The notes beneath the pieces are model-generated. The model saw nothing but the letters and a program-made list of their open reading frames with translations, did no database searches and was not told the DNA's origin. Source: a virus. Taken from it: DNA of 64,000 nucleotides. Shown one piece after another: positions 8,272 to 17,003 of the stretch. The translations under genes and the position numbers were made by a program. Every line of letters begins with the position of its first letter. The stretch's first letter is position 1. Location: positions 253-64,252 of the IMG/VR virus record IMGVR_UViG_3300029585_000027; one strand, 5' to 3'.

Positions 8272-9404
8272 TAGATGTCTTCTCGAATTCTAAGACTAAC
8301 GGGGTGCCACGGCTTCTTCTCTTTGGTATACCCTGAATGCTTCACAGTAAGCACCTTGCCGATGTAATCTTCTCTATTGTGCCAGATGCGATCTTTCTCA
8401 TACTGGTCACCAAATGCAGTGCAATCAAACTCTAAGCCTTCTGGAGTTTCACACACAAAGACGGCAACCTTCAGATCTGTGTCATTGACAATTCGATCCT
8501 TACCCTCCTTAACACCAGTGATGACATACTCGCTGTCATCAAACTTTTTGATCTTCAGCAAATGACTACTGCGATAACCGGCTAGGTATCCATCATCGGG
8601 GATGCGCAGGATGCCGCCCTCGTATCCCTCATCGATTGCTTTGTCGGTTAGGTCAATAGCTTCTTCCATGCTATCAACATGAACTGCACGAACGAGCTTG
8701 ACGGGGCTAGATGGCGTGCTCGTTTTGACTACACGACATAGCGCATCAAACCTATCCATATAGGTTACATCCATCATCATGTCATAAACATGATACTCAA
8801 CCTTGATAGAGTCTGCTTGTTCTCGACGAATAAGGGATCCAATATTCTGGAGCATCTCTCCGTGAACGTATAGCTCGCCGTCCAACAACATCCCCTCATC
8901 CACACTATCTTCTAGATGACGTAGGATATGCCCCATGCTCTTGATGAGATCACCACGACGTGAATACATTACCATTTCGCCATCTTTCTTCGTTACGATA
9001 GCGCGATGACCATCAAGCTTTGGTTGCCAATGAGCGGGAAACTCAATAGACTTGACGTCCTTGGCGGGCTTGGCGAGCATTGGCTTGGGAAACCCCAATG
9101 CGTTATGGTTCGCCTTACTTGTGTCGGTCGGGATTTCTGTTTTGTATCCCTGTTTGATCTTCTTGCGATAGCGAGACACGGCTTCGCTTACAGCCTGTTC
9201 GTAGGGGGTAGTCTCATTACTCTTGCCAATGTTCTTTCCCTGTGTGATTACATCACGACGGATTACCGGCTTACCATCTAGTTTGGTCTGAGTAACCATT
9301 ACTACAGTGGTGGGATTCTCCCCCTGGACATTACAACACCAAGTCTTGACATTGCCAGTCTTGGTTGGTGCATAAATGATCTGACCTAGTTTGAAGTCTG
9401 TCAT
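8271..9404 (-). CDS. lig: ATP-dependent DNA ligase with N-terminal extension
   Basis: PMLA, motif I QPKLDGHRA, SRRG, LDGELY, YHVYD, EGGILR, LLKIK, C-terminal OB fold. Confidence 0.92.
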   Translation of the reverse strand: MTDFKLGQIIYAPTKTGNVKTWCCNVQGENPTTVVMVTQTKLDGKPVIRRDVITQGKNIGKSNETTPYEQAVSEAVSRYRKKIKQGYKTEIPTDTSKANHNALGFPKPMLAKPAKDVKSIEFPAHWQPKLDGHRAIVTKKDGEMVMYSRRGDLIKSMGHILRHLEDSVDEGMLLDGELYVHGEMLQNIGSLIRREQADSIKVEYHVYDMMMDVTYMDRFDALCRVVKTSTPSSPVKLVRAVHVDSMEEAIDLTDKAIDEGYEGGILRIPDDGYLAGYRSSHLLKIKKFDDSEYVITGVKEGKDRIVNDTDLKVAVFVCETPEGLEFDCTAFGDQYEKDRIWHNREDYIGKVLTVKHSGYTKEKKPWHPVSLRIREDI

Positions 9405-9411
9405 AGTATTC

Positions 9412-9705
9412 TTACGCGACCCAATACACCCATCCAGATACAATCCCTGCAATAACAGCCGCATGAAGTGCAGCCATGCCAGAGACTACATCCTTGTCAC
9501 GATATCCATCATAGATAGCCCATGTAATCAAAAAGCTGATGAATGTCCCTAGACATGTTAAGAAACCAAACACACCACCAGCCCCCATCTCTTTAGATGG
9601 ATCAACGACAGGATAGAGATCAGAGATATGAATGCCGGCGAGAATGTTAGCTACAAAGAGCAATCCATGCAACACGCATAACAATACCCGGATAAAGCAA
9701 ATCAT
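9412..9705 (-). CDS. membrane protein
   Basis: Three hydrophobic segments in 97 aa. Confidence 0.6.
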   Translation of the reverse strand: MICFIRVLLCVLHGLLFVANILAGIHISDLYPVVDPSKEMGAGGVFGFLTCLGTFISFLITWAIYDGYRDKDVVSGMAALHAAVIAGIVSGWVYWVA

Positions 9706-9873
9706 CTACTTATCCTTCTTGCGCATTGGGGTGCCCGGTGGAGTCCGGTCCTTAGCAAGGATAGTTGCACCCTCGATGGTTAGTTCGCCACGCTTAAAGC
9801 CACGCACGCGACGGACTGCGGTGCGGAAGTTACGGGCGGAGACGGTCACGTTATCGATCGTATACTGGTTCAT
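9706..9873 (-). CDS. small basic hypothetical protein (55 aa)
   Basis: Manual translation MNQYTIDNVTVSARNFRTAVRRVRG...; directly downstream of a promoter. Confidence 0.55.
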   Translation of the reverse strand: MNQYTIDNVTVSARNFRTAVRRVRGFKRGELTIEGATILAKDRTPPGTPMRKKDK

Positions 9874-9879
9874 GGTTGA

Positions 9880-9907
9880 ATCCTATCACACTTCATCTAG
9901 ATGTCAA
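9880..9907 (-). promoter_or_regulatory. sigma70-type early promoter
   Basis: TTGACA-16-TAGGAT, TGTG extension. Confidence 0.65.
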
Positions 9908-9921
9908 GTAAAAAACTGGCC

Positions 9922-10128
9922 TCACTTCCCAAGCCTGTTAGCAATGACACCTGCGTAATTACCCGGGTGACCATCGTATTCAAGCTCTACAGCAATATCG
10001 CGAAAGTAATGTTTTAGCCGTGTGTGTTCTTTTTCTTCGTTCTCGAAAGCCTTACGCAATCGCGCAACCTCTTCTTCAAGCTCAAGATTCTTCCTGGTGA
10101 GCTTAGCAATTACCTCTAGGTCTTTCAT
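9922..10128 (-). CDS. hypothetical coiled-coil protein
   Basis: 68-aa ORF. Confidence 0.55.
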   Translation of the reverse strand: MKDLEVIAKLTRKNLELEEEVARLRKAFENEEKEHTRLKHYFRDIAVELEYDGHPGNYAGVIANRLGK

Positions 10129-10640
10129 TTTCGATTCTCCAATTCAGTTCTGAATTGATTGTGGTCAATACCATAGGCATCAGCAACATAGCAACAAATG
10201 CTATGTAGCACTGGTCCCTCCTGCCCAACAAGGTCTAGTAGATGGAGAATGAACTCCAGACTATCCTTGTGGCAAAACTCTGGAGGATAAGTGTTAAGTC
10301 GGTCCTGCACCTCTACAGCCTTGGCTGCAATCTTCTGCAAGATAGGCTTAATGGCGGTCGAGTTGTCTCCAGAGGATCGCTTAAGCTCATCTTCTGCGCC
10401 TCTCAGCCACACGAGAAACTCCTTGCCGGGAACTACTCGAATACCGAATGACTCAGCAAGCCCCAGGGCGTGCGTGCTGGGCTTTTCTCCTGTTACTAGT
10501 AGTGAGACACCCGGCACAACATAGGGCTGCACATCGCATCCTAGAGCGCGCAATCGGCGCTTAAGATCCTCCCGATTGGTGAGAGAATCAGATAAGGTTG
10601 GCTTAATGTGGCCAGAAAAACAGATAATTGTGTCGATCAT
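10125..10640 (-). CDS. BRCT-domain protein
   Basis: IICFSG...LRALGCDVQPYVVPGVSLLVTGEKPS...AESFGIRVVPGKEFLVWL. Confidence 0.7.
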   Translation of the reverse strand: MIDTIICFSGHIKPTLSDSLTNREDLKRRLRALGCDVQPYVVPGVSLLVTGEKPSTHALGLAESFGIRVVPGKEFLVWLRGAEDELKRSSGDNSTAIKPILQKIAAKAVEVQDRLNTYPPEFCHKDSLEFILHLLDLVGQEGPVLHSICCYVADAYGIDHNQFRTELENRK

Positions 10641-10643
10641 GAC

Positions 10644-10892
10644 TTAACTCTCAGATGGTAACTTAGGTTGTTCGATCTTCATCCAGAATCCAGCAGCTTC
10701 CGACTGGTAAACAAACGCACCACTGGCCTTGCCACACATACTGGTGCTACCACTGCTATTCTTGAATGGCCCCATGATTTCTATGACCTCTAGTTGAGGT
10801 TCTTGATCCTGAGACTTACCCCATGGGAACCCATAGAACCAGTAGTGACCCTGCTCGGTGGGGAATTTGCAACTCCAACTAGAATCACTCAT
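10644..10892 (-). CDS. hypothetical protein
   Basis: 82-aa ORF in the operon. Confidence 0.55.
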   Translation of the reverse strand: MSDSSWSCKFPTEQGHYWFYGFPWGKSQDQEPQLEVIEIMGPFKNSSGSTSMCGKASGAFVYQSEAAGFWMKIEQPKLPSES

Positions 10893-11101
10893 TACTTTGG
10901 CTTCAGTTGATTAAGTGCAATGCGCAACTTATCTGCTTGCTCGTGATCTAAGACAATCACAGCACCGATCTTGCCATCGTCGGTCATTGAACGAATCTCG
11001 ATAAGATCGAGTCCATCACGATCTGGACCAATACGAATATGCTCGCCGGTCTTATCGTTCCAGATTTCGTAATGACATTCGAGTGAGTATTTTTGTTCCA
11101 T
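10892..11101 (-). CDS. hypothetical protein
   Basis: 69-aa ORF. Confidence 0.55.
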   Translation of the reverse strand: MEQKYSLECHYEIWNDKTGEHIRIGPDRDGLDLIEIRSMTDDGKIGAVIVLDHEQADKLRIALNQLKPK

Positions 11102-11155
11102 GATGTTCCTCTTGTGTCAACAAGTATATCACATCAGCCTAGATGGGGGCTTGTT

Positions 11156-11362
11156 TCACAGCTTTCTTTTTTCTGTCCAGATGTTGTAAACACCGACACC
11201 TAGATGTTTGTGCTTAATGTCCATCAAGACACCATTCCAACTAATCCACCCACCAGTATTCTCTAGTAGATACCGAAGGTTCTTACGATTAGTCGTATAT
11301 GTTACATTGCCAGCAAATCTGTTATAGAACTGCTCTGGTGATTCAGGTTTTTGCTTGTTCAT
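11156..11362 (-). CDS. hypothetical protein
   Basis: 68-aa ORF, coupled. Confidence 0.55.
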   Translation of the reverse strand: MNKQKPESPEQFYNRFAGNVTYTTNRKNLRYLLENTGGWISWNGVLMDIKHKHLGVGVYNIWTEKRKL

Positions 11363-11589
11363 TACTTACCACTAATGCTAAGGAACATGTTGGCTACGTT
11401 ACCGTCCCACTTAATGGGGTATGTCTTCAGGCAGTCAGTGGGCATGAAGTTGACATCTAGCTGTGAATCCCATACACGGGCTTCAAACCAAATGGCAGCA
11501 TCTTGCTCACCCTGCCCCTCATACCAAGCAATAAACTCTTCAACTTGTTGCTTGGTTTTGAAACCCGAGATTTTAAGCTCGAATGTCAT
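11362..11589 (-). CDS. hypothetical phage protein
   Basis: 75-aa ORF. Confidence 0.55.
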   Translation of the reverse strand: MTFELKISGFKTKQQVEEFIAWYEGQGEQDAAIWFEARVWDSQLDVNFMPTDCLKTYPIKWDGNVANMFLSISGK

Positions 11590-11592
11590 AGC

Positions 11593-11880
11593 TTATGCCT
11601 GACCGCCCCAAGTGATACCACGGAAGTTAGTCCTGAGCATCCTCATCTTAACGGGCTTTCCGCGTGGATGACTATTTTCCTGGATTCGTTCCATCATCCG
11701 ACGATGTCTATCTGGATCTTCCCAATAATCTGGGACAAGATACATATCGTCTGGCAAGTCTTCTTCTAGTGACTTTAGCCGATTTTCAATCTGGGCGTCA
11801 AACACATCTTCCCATGGAAGCATCGATGGGTCTACCCAAACCTTAAACGAACCAAGATAGGTGTGAATTTCAATCTCCAT
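11593..11880 (-). CDS. hypothetical protein
   Basis: 95-aa ORF. Confidence 0.55.
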   Translation of the reverse strand: MEIEIHTYLGSFKVWVDPSMLPWEDVFDAQIENRLKSLEEDLPDDMYLVPDYWEDPDRHRRMMERIQENSHPRGKPVKMRMLRTNFRGITWGGQA

Positions 11881-11889
11881 TTCTTCTCT

Positions 11890-12060
11890 CTAGTTGCTAC
11901 AGTTTTTGTGAATGTAGATAAAGCGATGTGCTTGATCTACGTGATTACCATATAGGGACAGTTGTTCTTTGGTGTCACAAGCGTGACAAATCATATGCTC
12001 ATCCCACGCGTCTACATACCTGACACTCAGATGATTATATAGATAGTGGATTGTCCGCAT
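11890..12060 (-). CDS. hypothetical protein (56 aa)
   Basis: Manual translation MRTIHYLYNHLSVRYVDAW...KNCSN; fills the gap. Confidence 0.45.
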   Translation of the reverse strand: MRTIHYLYNHLSVRYVDAWDEHMICHACDTKEQLSLYGNHVDQAHRFIYIHKNCSN

Positions 12061-12070
12061 GTTCACAGAT

Positions 12071-12277
12071 CTAGTTGCCTATGTAGATATCCACATAAGG
12101 AGTGCCAACCTCTTCCTCGCAAAGCTCACCAAGCTCTTCTCCATCAGTCTTACGAATGAAGGGATTGCCCACTGGATCACAAGCGCCAGAGGCACCATGA
12201 GTGGCATATACGGGGAGGTCGCCGTGACCATCATCGGCTAGCTTCTGCAATGAAGCGATTAACTTGTTGAGTTTCAT
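12071..12277 (-). CDS. hypothetical protein
   Basis: 68-aa ORF with AGGA upstream. Confidence 0.6.
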   Translation of the reverse strand: MKLNKLIASLQKLADDGHGDLPVYATHGASGACDPVGNPFIRKTDGEELGELCEEEVGTPYVDIYIGN

Positions 12278-12365
12278 CTAGTTGTCCTTTTGTCTGCCAA
12301 TCCAATTTAATCTAGAGGAAGGTGAGTCAGAGCGATCAAAGTCATAACTCTGTCCCCTCCAGATA

Positions 12366-12440
12366 AGGTGCCCTCGCTAGGGAATTAAACCCCAATCTAC
12401 TGGGCTTCAGTCGCTTTCACATTAAGCTAACTAGAACACC
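12366..12440 (-). ncRNA. degenerate tRNA-shaped RNA (pseudo-tRNA or tRNA mimic)
   Basis: Four-arm fold: GGTGTTCT/AGGGCACC, GCTT/AAGC, ACTG/CAGT, TGGGG-TTTAATT-CCCTA; TATACT 9 nt upstream; no encoded CCA. Confidence 0.45.
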
Positions 12441-12500
12441 TGCCAATCAAGTATATCACATCTTAGGCTGCGGTGTCTTGATCTGCTAGATGTTTTTCTC

Positions 12501-12965
12501 TTACGGATTAAAGTAAACCTCTAGAGTCTCAGACACGCCATTATTGGTGTATAGCTGGATATACAACGTGATACCCAATAGGATCGGTGGTGGGTCAAAT
12601 CGTAGATACCAGACCCCATTTCCAGGCGTATAGGTGATCTCACCAACTCCAGGCCATGGAGATAAAACGGGGAACAAGACTAGGTCGGCTGGCACTTCAC
12701 CAATACATGAGGCTTGTGGTGCCTGTGCTGGAAAATGCCTTAAGCTGATCGCGACGGCTGCTGGCTCGTAGATGCCAGTGGTTGCGGGCCATATGAAATT
12801 TGACCATGAGCAACTCCATGGAATGGGGTCAGATAAACTGCCAAAGGTTCGCCATCCAACAGTATAGACACTGTCGCAGATCGCGGGTTGTGAGTGCAGG
12901 ATAACGGGAATCTGTGCCGGTAGATTAACCGACAGTAGTGCAAGAATTGTGATTAGTTTCATCAT
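12501..12965 (-). CDS. putative secreted protein
   Basis: N-terminal signal-peptide-like MKLITILALLSVNLPAQ; Pro/Trp-rich beta-type body. Confidence 0.55.
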   Translation of the reverse strand: MMKLITILALLSVNLPAQIPVILHSQPAICDSVYTVGWRTFGSLSDPIPWSCSWSNFIWPATTGIYEPAAVAISLRHFPAQAPQASCIGEVPADLVLFPVLSPWPGVGEITYTPGNGVWYLRFDPPPILLGITLYIQLYTNNGVSETLEVYFNP

Positions 12966-13244
12966 CTAGTTGCTCTCTGAATAAAGCTTTGGTCTACAAC
13001 ATTTACATAAGGGATGGCAGAACTTAGGCTCATCTGCACACCATGACCCCTTCTCGTGATTTGGGTGAACACAGTAAGTTGAGTCGCCGTTTACGTCAGC
13101 CATATACTCAGCTAAGACCCTAGCCACGATGGTTTTTTCATAGGGTAGAAGGTGGGGCTTTTGTGCGGTTTTCATCCATTTAAGTGCCCGTTCTCTATAC
13201 AACTCGCGTGTAGGATGATATACATTTGGGTGTTCGTCTGTCAT
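12966..13244 (-). CDS. hypothetical Cys/His-rich protein
   Basis: 92-aa ORF. Confidence 0.5.
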   Translation of the reverse strand: MTDEHPNVYHPTRELYRERALKWMKTAQKPHLLPYEKTIVARVLAEYMADVNGDSTYCVHPNHEKGSWCADEPKFCHPLCKCCRPKLYSESN

Positions 13245-13588
13245 GGGTGTAGTGTTGACGTTAGTTCTAGTGTTCCATCGCGGGATGAAAAGAGTTCGTT
13301 GATTGAAAACGATGAAATCTGACGGTAGTCAGATAGGTGGTTTTGCCGATTTTGGATGTAGTTCGGCTCATTACCCGAATTTGCCCTAAGCTATGGTAAA
13401 ACAACGACTTAGGTGCTCTAGAAGCAATCCCAGAATCACCATATACCAAGAACAAACAAAGAGAAAGAAAGGAAGGTCGTGGAGCGAGGGGAGGAATCGG
13501 GGCCAAAGCGAATTAGAGCGTTTGGGGTTTTTAACTGGCGAGGGCATTTTAACTTAACACACGCACTTAACACGCATAATCACCCAGA

Positions 13589-13699
13589 CTAAACCATACT
13601 CCACAGCCCATAGATTAGCCCACCCGCCAGGAATAGGATCAACCAATTCACCATGATCTCCAACCCAGTGATTGGTTCTTCTTCTTGTTCTGGTTCCAT
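13589..13699 (-). CDS. small single-pass membrane protein (36 aa)
   Basis: MEPEQEEEPITGLEIMVNWLILFLAGGLIYGLWSMV, GGAG upstream. Confidence 0.5.
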   Translation of the reverse strand: MEPEQEEEPITGLEIMVNWLILFLAGGLIYGLWSMV

Positions 13700-13710
13700 T
13701 TATCGTCTCC

Positions 13711-13818
13711 TTAGTTCGTCAGGATAAGAACGGCAACTAGAATAATAATGACAGTCAGCGCCACCACAATCTCCGCCTTATCCAGCCATGGTCTCGGCAC
13801 CTCTTGCGGATCATCCAT
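13711..13818 (-). CDS. small single-pass membrane protein (35 aa)
   Basis: MDDPQEVPRPWLDKAEIVVALTVIIILVAVLILTN. Confidence 0.5.
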   Translation of the reverse strand: MDDPQEVPRPWLDKAEIVVALTVIIILVAVLILTN

Positions 13819-13957
13819 TACAGCCGCCCAGAAACACTAACCCACCCAGCATATAGAACACTGCCAACGTCACAAGCATAACACGCATGCCCGCGAACGT
13901 CTCAGCCACTTTTTGTCCCTCTATATGGGAGAGATCTTCTTTGTTGGTTTTGGTCAT
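13811..13957 (-). CDS. small single-pass membrane protein (48 aa)
   Basis: MTKTNKEDLSH...RVMLVTLAVFYMLGGLVFLGGCNG. Confidence 0.5.
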   Translation of the reverse strand: MTKTNKEDLSHIEGQKVAETFAGMRVMLVTLAVFYMLGGLVFLGGCNG

Positions 13958-13989
13958 TTTGGGTCGTTTTAAGTCAACTAGAGCAAATC

Positions 13990-14463
13990 CTAGAGTTCCC
14001 CGTCGAATTTCAAACCATTCATCGTTATGATGTATCGCGCCAAATCTGTCATCCATAAGCGCCATACCCTCTCAGACTGAACACCAAACTTTTCCAGCGA
14101 CCTTCCTAGTCTATCTAGTTTGTCGTAGGCAATGTTCCAGTTTCCGTGTTCCAGATCAGCTAGAAGCGAGTTAGCATAAGCAGTCTGGCTAATCACCTCA
14201 GCATGAATCCATTCCATCTCACGGTTTAGCTCTGATGCTACTGCCTCTAGGAGGATATCAGGTGCAAACTTATATAGATCCTCATTTTCTACTAGAGGAC
14301 CAAACCGCTCTTCGACGGTCTTAGGGGTGAACTTAAACTGTGAGGATTGAAGGTCAAAACGCACATAGATAAGCGCACCGCCCGCAGTCTCTAGTCTTAC
14401 GGCGAACCGTTCTTTGAGCCATTTGCTTGACGGATTAGTCTCGTGGAACCTTTTGACGTCCAT
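13990..14463 (-). CDS. hypothetical protein
   Basis: 157-aa ORF directly after a promoter. Confidence 0.65.
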   Translation of the reverse strand: MDVKRFHETNPSSKWLKERFAVRLETAGGALIYVRFDLQSSQFKFTPKTVEERFGPLVENEDLYKFAPDILLEAVASELNREMEWIHAEVISQTAYANSLLADLEHGNWNIAYDKLDRLGRSLEKFGVQSERVWRLWMTDLARYIITMNGLKFDGEL

Positions 14464-14469
14464 GAGAGT

Positions 14470-14498
14470 AGCTTAACACAAGATCATCTAGTTGTCAA
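14470..14498 (-). promoter_or_regulatory. sigma70-type early promoter
   Basis: TTGACA-17-TAAGCT. Confidence 0.7.
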
Positions 14499-14866
14499 GT
14501 GCGTGTGCCTTGTTTTGTGCTATATCCGTAAAGAAAAGATACCGCACAAAAAACGCAAGTAGACACATAATACCTTGAAAGAGTCAAGCAGTCTCCCTCA
14601 CAACGAGTGCCGCTGGCCCTCGTGTTCGGACAGGGTGAGCGAAAGCGAGCGTGCTGATTGCAGCTAGCAAAGAAAAGGGATAAGTAAGGCACCCGGGGTG
14701 AGAGGCGGGGGTAAGGTTCTGGTGCTAACCACTCCCAACTAACGACACGGCTAATCGACAAGGTAACCAGAAGAACACTAGAATACAACGCTAGGTGTAA
14801 ACGGGTTGCACCCCATATTTAGGCGGCCTCAGCAAGTGTCATATAAAACGCGATATATCCCGCGCG

Positions 14867-14890
14867 GCAAGCCCGAGAGGGCTCGGTGTA
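14867..14890. repeat. intergenic repeat copy 1 (GCAAGCCCGAGAGGGC)
   Basis: Exact 16-mer shared with copies near 15952, 18703 and 21510. Confidence 0.85.
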
Positions 14891-15073
14891 TCAATCATCA
14901 TCCTCACAAATGACGTCCAACGTGGTTAGATGGAGTTCATCGTAGAGATCCTTAACCTTACTGTGTTGGTCTTGGGTGATATTGTTTACATGAGAGTCGA
15001 GCAGGTTTGCGACAGACCTTAGACGACTAGCGTAGATCTTGGCAACGATGCCGTATGTCGTTCGCTTCATCAT
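14891..15073 (-). CDS. hypothetical protein
   Basis: ORF ends at TGA abutting the repeat; start uncertain. Confidence 0.5.
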   Translation of the reverse strand: MMKRTTYGIVAKIYASRLRSVANLLDSHVNNITQDQHSKVKDLYDELHLTTLDVICEDDD

Positions 15074-15342
15074 GATGGAATATCTCCATTCGCACAAAAC
15101 GCTTCCCACTGGCCTTTAATCAGGTCCAGATTAAGGTCGCGCCTATTCACTACGCCACTAGTCGTAACGAAAGCTACCCGTGGTCCATTCTTGGGACTGT
15201 TGGTAACGAGAATGTAAGGACTTCGAGAGTAGGTATCTACGATCCAGATTGCCCACTCCCCACTACCGCTAGGTAGGCTGTCGTTTGGTGGACCCAAGAT
15301 CTTGGTAAGCTTGTCGACGACGTTGAGAATTGTGTTTTCCAT
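15070..15342 (-). CDS. hypothetical protein
   Basis: 90-aa ORF. Confidence 0.55.
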   Translation of the reverse strand: MENTILNVVDKLTKILGPPNDSLPSGSGEWAIWIVDTYSRSPYILVTNSPKNGPRVAFVTTSGVVNRRDLNLDLIKGQWEAFCANGDIPS

Positions 15343-15344
15343 CT

Positions 15345-15659
15345 CTAGTTGCCCGTGTGTTTGAACCAGCCAGTAACCTTTGGCTTTTCCTTGACGATTA
15401 CAGGCACGTTGCCCATATCCTTAAGACGAGTGACACCACGAGAGGCATCTAGATCGTCCATATCGTCGAACACTTGCCCGCAGTAGCAACAAACAAGGCT
15501 CATTTCGATATCGTCCGAGCCAATCTCGGAGAACGTCGCGCCTTGCCAAAGAACTTGAGAGGCGGGATGCCTACACTTTTCGCGGATCTTCATTGTTCTT
15601 GTCGTCATCGTTTCCACACTTCCCGCATTGGAAGTTAGTATGCAAAGGAAGATCGTCAC
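15345..15659 (-). CDS. hypothetical protein with Cys motif
   Basis: CRH...CCYC; true start probably downstream of the one given. Confidence 0.5.
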   Translation of the reverse strand: MTIFLCILTSNAGSVETMTTRTMKIREKCRHPASQVLWQGATFSEIGSDDIEMSLVCCYCGQVFDDMDDLDASRGVTRLKDMGNVPVIVKEKPKVTGWFKHTGN

Positions 15660-15720
15660 GCCCGCAAATCCTACAAGGAACGCGGAAGTCGTCTTCGGGA
15701 AAGGTTAATGCAATGAGCAT
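15571..15720 (-). CDS. small zinc-ribbon protein
   Basis: MLIALTFPEDDFRVPCRICG...QCGKCG. Confidence 0.5.
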   Translation of the reverse strand: MLIALTFPEDDFRVPCRICGRDDLPLHTNFQCGKCGNDDDKNNEDPRKV

Positions 15721-15886
15721 CGTTTCTAGTTGTCTCGGTGTTTGCGCCCTATCCAATAGTAACCCATCAGATAGGCGGCGATGAATACTAGCACACTTAG
15801 ACCGATTGTGCAATCTCGATCCAAAAATGGCGAGACGTCGCGTGGTGTTGGTTGTCCCTTCTCGGCATTCATCTGGTTGCTACTAC

Positions 15887-15915
15887 AGTATATCACGGAA
15901 CGGTCAAGGAGTCAA
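15887..15915 (-). promoter_or_regulatory. sigma70-type early promoter
   Basis: TTGACT-17-TATACT. Confidence 0.8.
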
Positions 15916-15951
15916 GTATCAGTAAACAATTCCCTATAAGGGGGGTGGCAG

Positions 15952-15981
15952 GCAAGCCCGAGAGGGCTGAGTGTTTCAGCC
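15952..15981. repeat. intergenic repeat copy 2
   Basis: GCAAGCCCGAGAGGGCTGAGTGTTTCAGCC. Confidence 0.85.
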
Positions 15982-16063
15982 CGGCTCGGATGAGTTGTTA
16001 TGGCTAACGCCTTCGTGTTCGCCGCATCGTTAGTCGGTATGAAACCATAAACGCAAACAGGAA

Positions 16064-16117
16064 CACAAGAAGTGTTAGCCCCCCGGTGACCTCGCGGTCG
16101 ATGAAGGGGGAAACACT
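16064..16117 (-). terminator. probable intrinsic terminator of the amidoligase operon
   Basis: GTGTTTCCCCC...GACC-GCGA-GGTC...GGGGGGCTAACAC followed by TTCTT. Confidence 0.6.
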
Positions 16118-16123
16118 CAAGGC

Positions 16124-16999
16124 TTAGTCCTCCACGCTATCGCGCGCCATCAACTCCGCAAAGTCTTCGTCGGACATTTCGTGGATTCGATCGTTAGCGC
16201 GATCCGCATGCGGACCCATTACGACGGGACGGGTGTAGTCGTAGTCGTAGTCGCCCGGTTCTTCCGATTCTCGCGCCATATCCATAGCGCGCGCCTCGGC
16301 GTCAATGTCGTCCTCGGACCAATCGTCGTCGTCGCCTTCAAGGTCGTGGTGGCTCTTGGCTCCCTTGTTGGTAGACTTGTCGTTGTCACCGTAAACGATG
16401 CCGCTAACGTAGTCGTCACCCCAAGCGTATGAACCGCCATAGCGGGATACCCAGCACGTTTCCGAGCTAGACTTAATCCCTTCTTCCTTGGTGTCCAACC
16501 AATCGCCGAACAACTCGACTTCGCCACCGGAAAGGATAGCGAAACGGCTAGGGGAGAAAGCTTCCACAACATCCTTGCCGAAGTTATGGATAGCAGAAGC
16601 AACTACGCGGGTATCGCTCCAGCCAAACGGGTTCTTGCGCGGAAGTTGCAATCCGCACTCCTCAGCGACCATTCGCCATTCGCCAACGTGGCCATTGTGC
16701 ATAAGCACTGCTTCGGCACTACCCGAAAGCTTAAGGCTAGGCTTTTGTTCGATGGGGAATGGATGCGTCAGTTGCGGCGAGCTATCGCCAACGGTAGTCA
16801 ACCGCGCATGAATCAGGAACGGCAACGGAAGATGTTGCGACAGTTCATGGATAGCGTCTTCGTCCAACCCCTTTTCCCATCGGGTCAAACCCGTTTTGGG
16901 ATCGGTCCACATGATACCCATACCGTCGCGGTTGGTAGTGGCAATGTCTTGAATCAGACTGTAGGACGGACGATTGAAGCACGAAAGAATGCAGCACAT
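16124..16999 (-). CDS. Class II glutamine amidotransferase (Ntn hydrolase)-like protein with acidic tail
   Basis: True start MCCIL gives an N-terminal Cys nucleophile; NRDGMG, HARLTTVG, THPF, MHNGH, SDT. Confidence 0.8.
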   Translation of the reverse strand: MCCILSCFNRPSYSLIQDIATTNRDGMGIMWTDPKTGLTRWEKGLDEDAIHELSQHLPLPFLIHARLTTVGDSSPQLTHPFPIEQKPSLKLSGSAEAVLMHNGHVGEWRMVAEECGLQLPRKNPFGWSDTRVVASAIHNFGKDVVEAFSPSRFAILSGGEVELFGDWLDTKEEGIKSSSETCWVSRYGGSYAWGDDYVSGIVYGDNDKSTNKGAKSHHDLEGDDDDWSEDDIDAEARAMDMARESEEPGDYDYDYTRPVVMGPHADRANDRIHEMSDEDFAELMARDSVED

Positions 17000-17003
17000 A
17001 AGC

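Noticed and set aside
13267-13506. 79-aa ORF from the track
   Set aside because: TTG start, no RBS and low-complexity pyrimidine tract; more likely non-coding.
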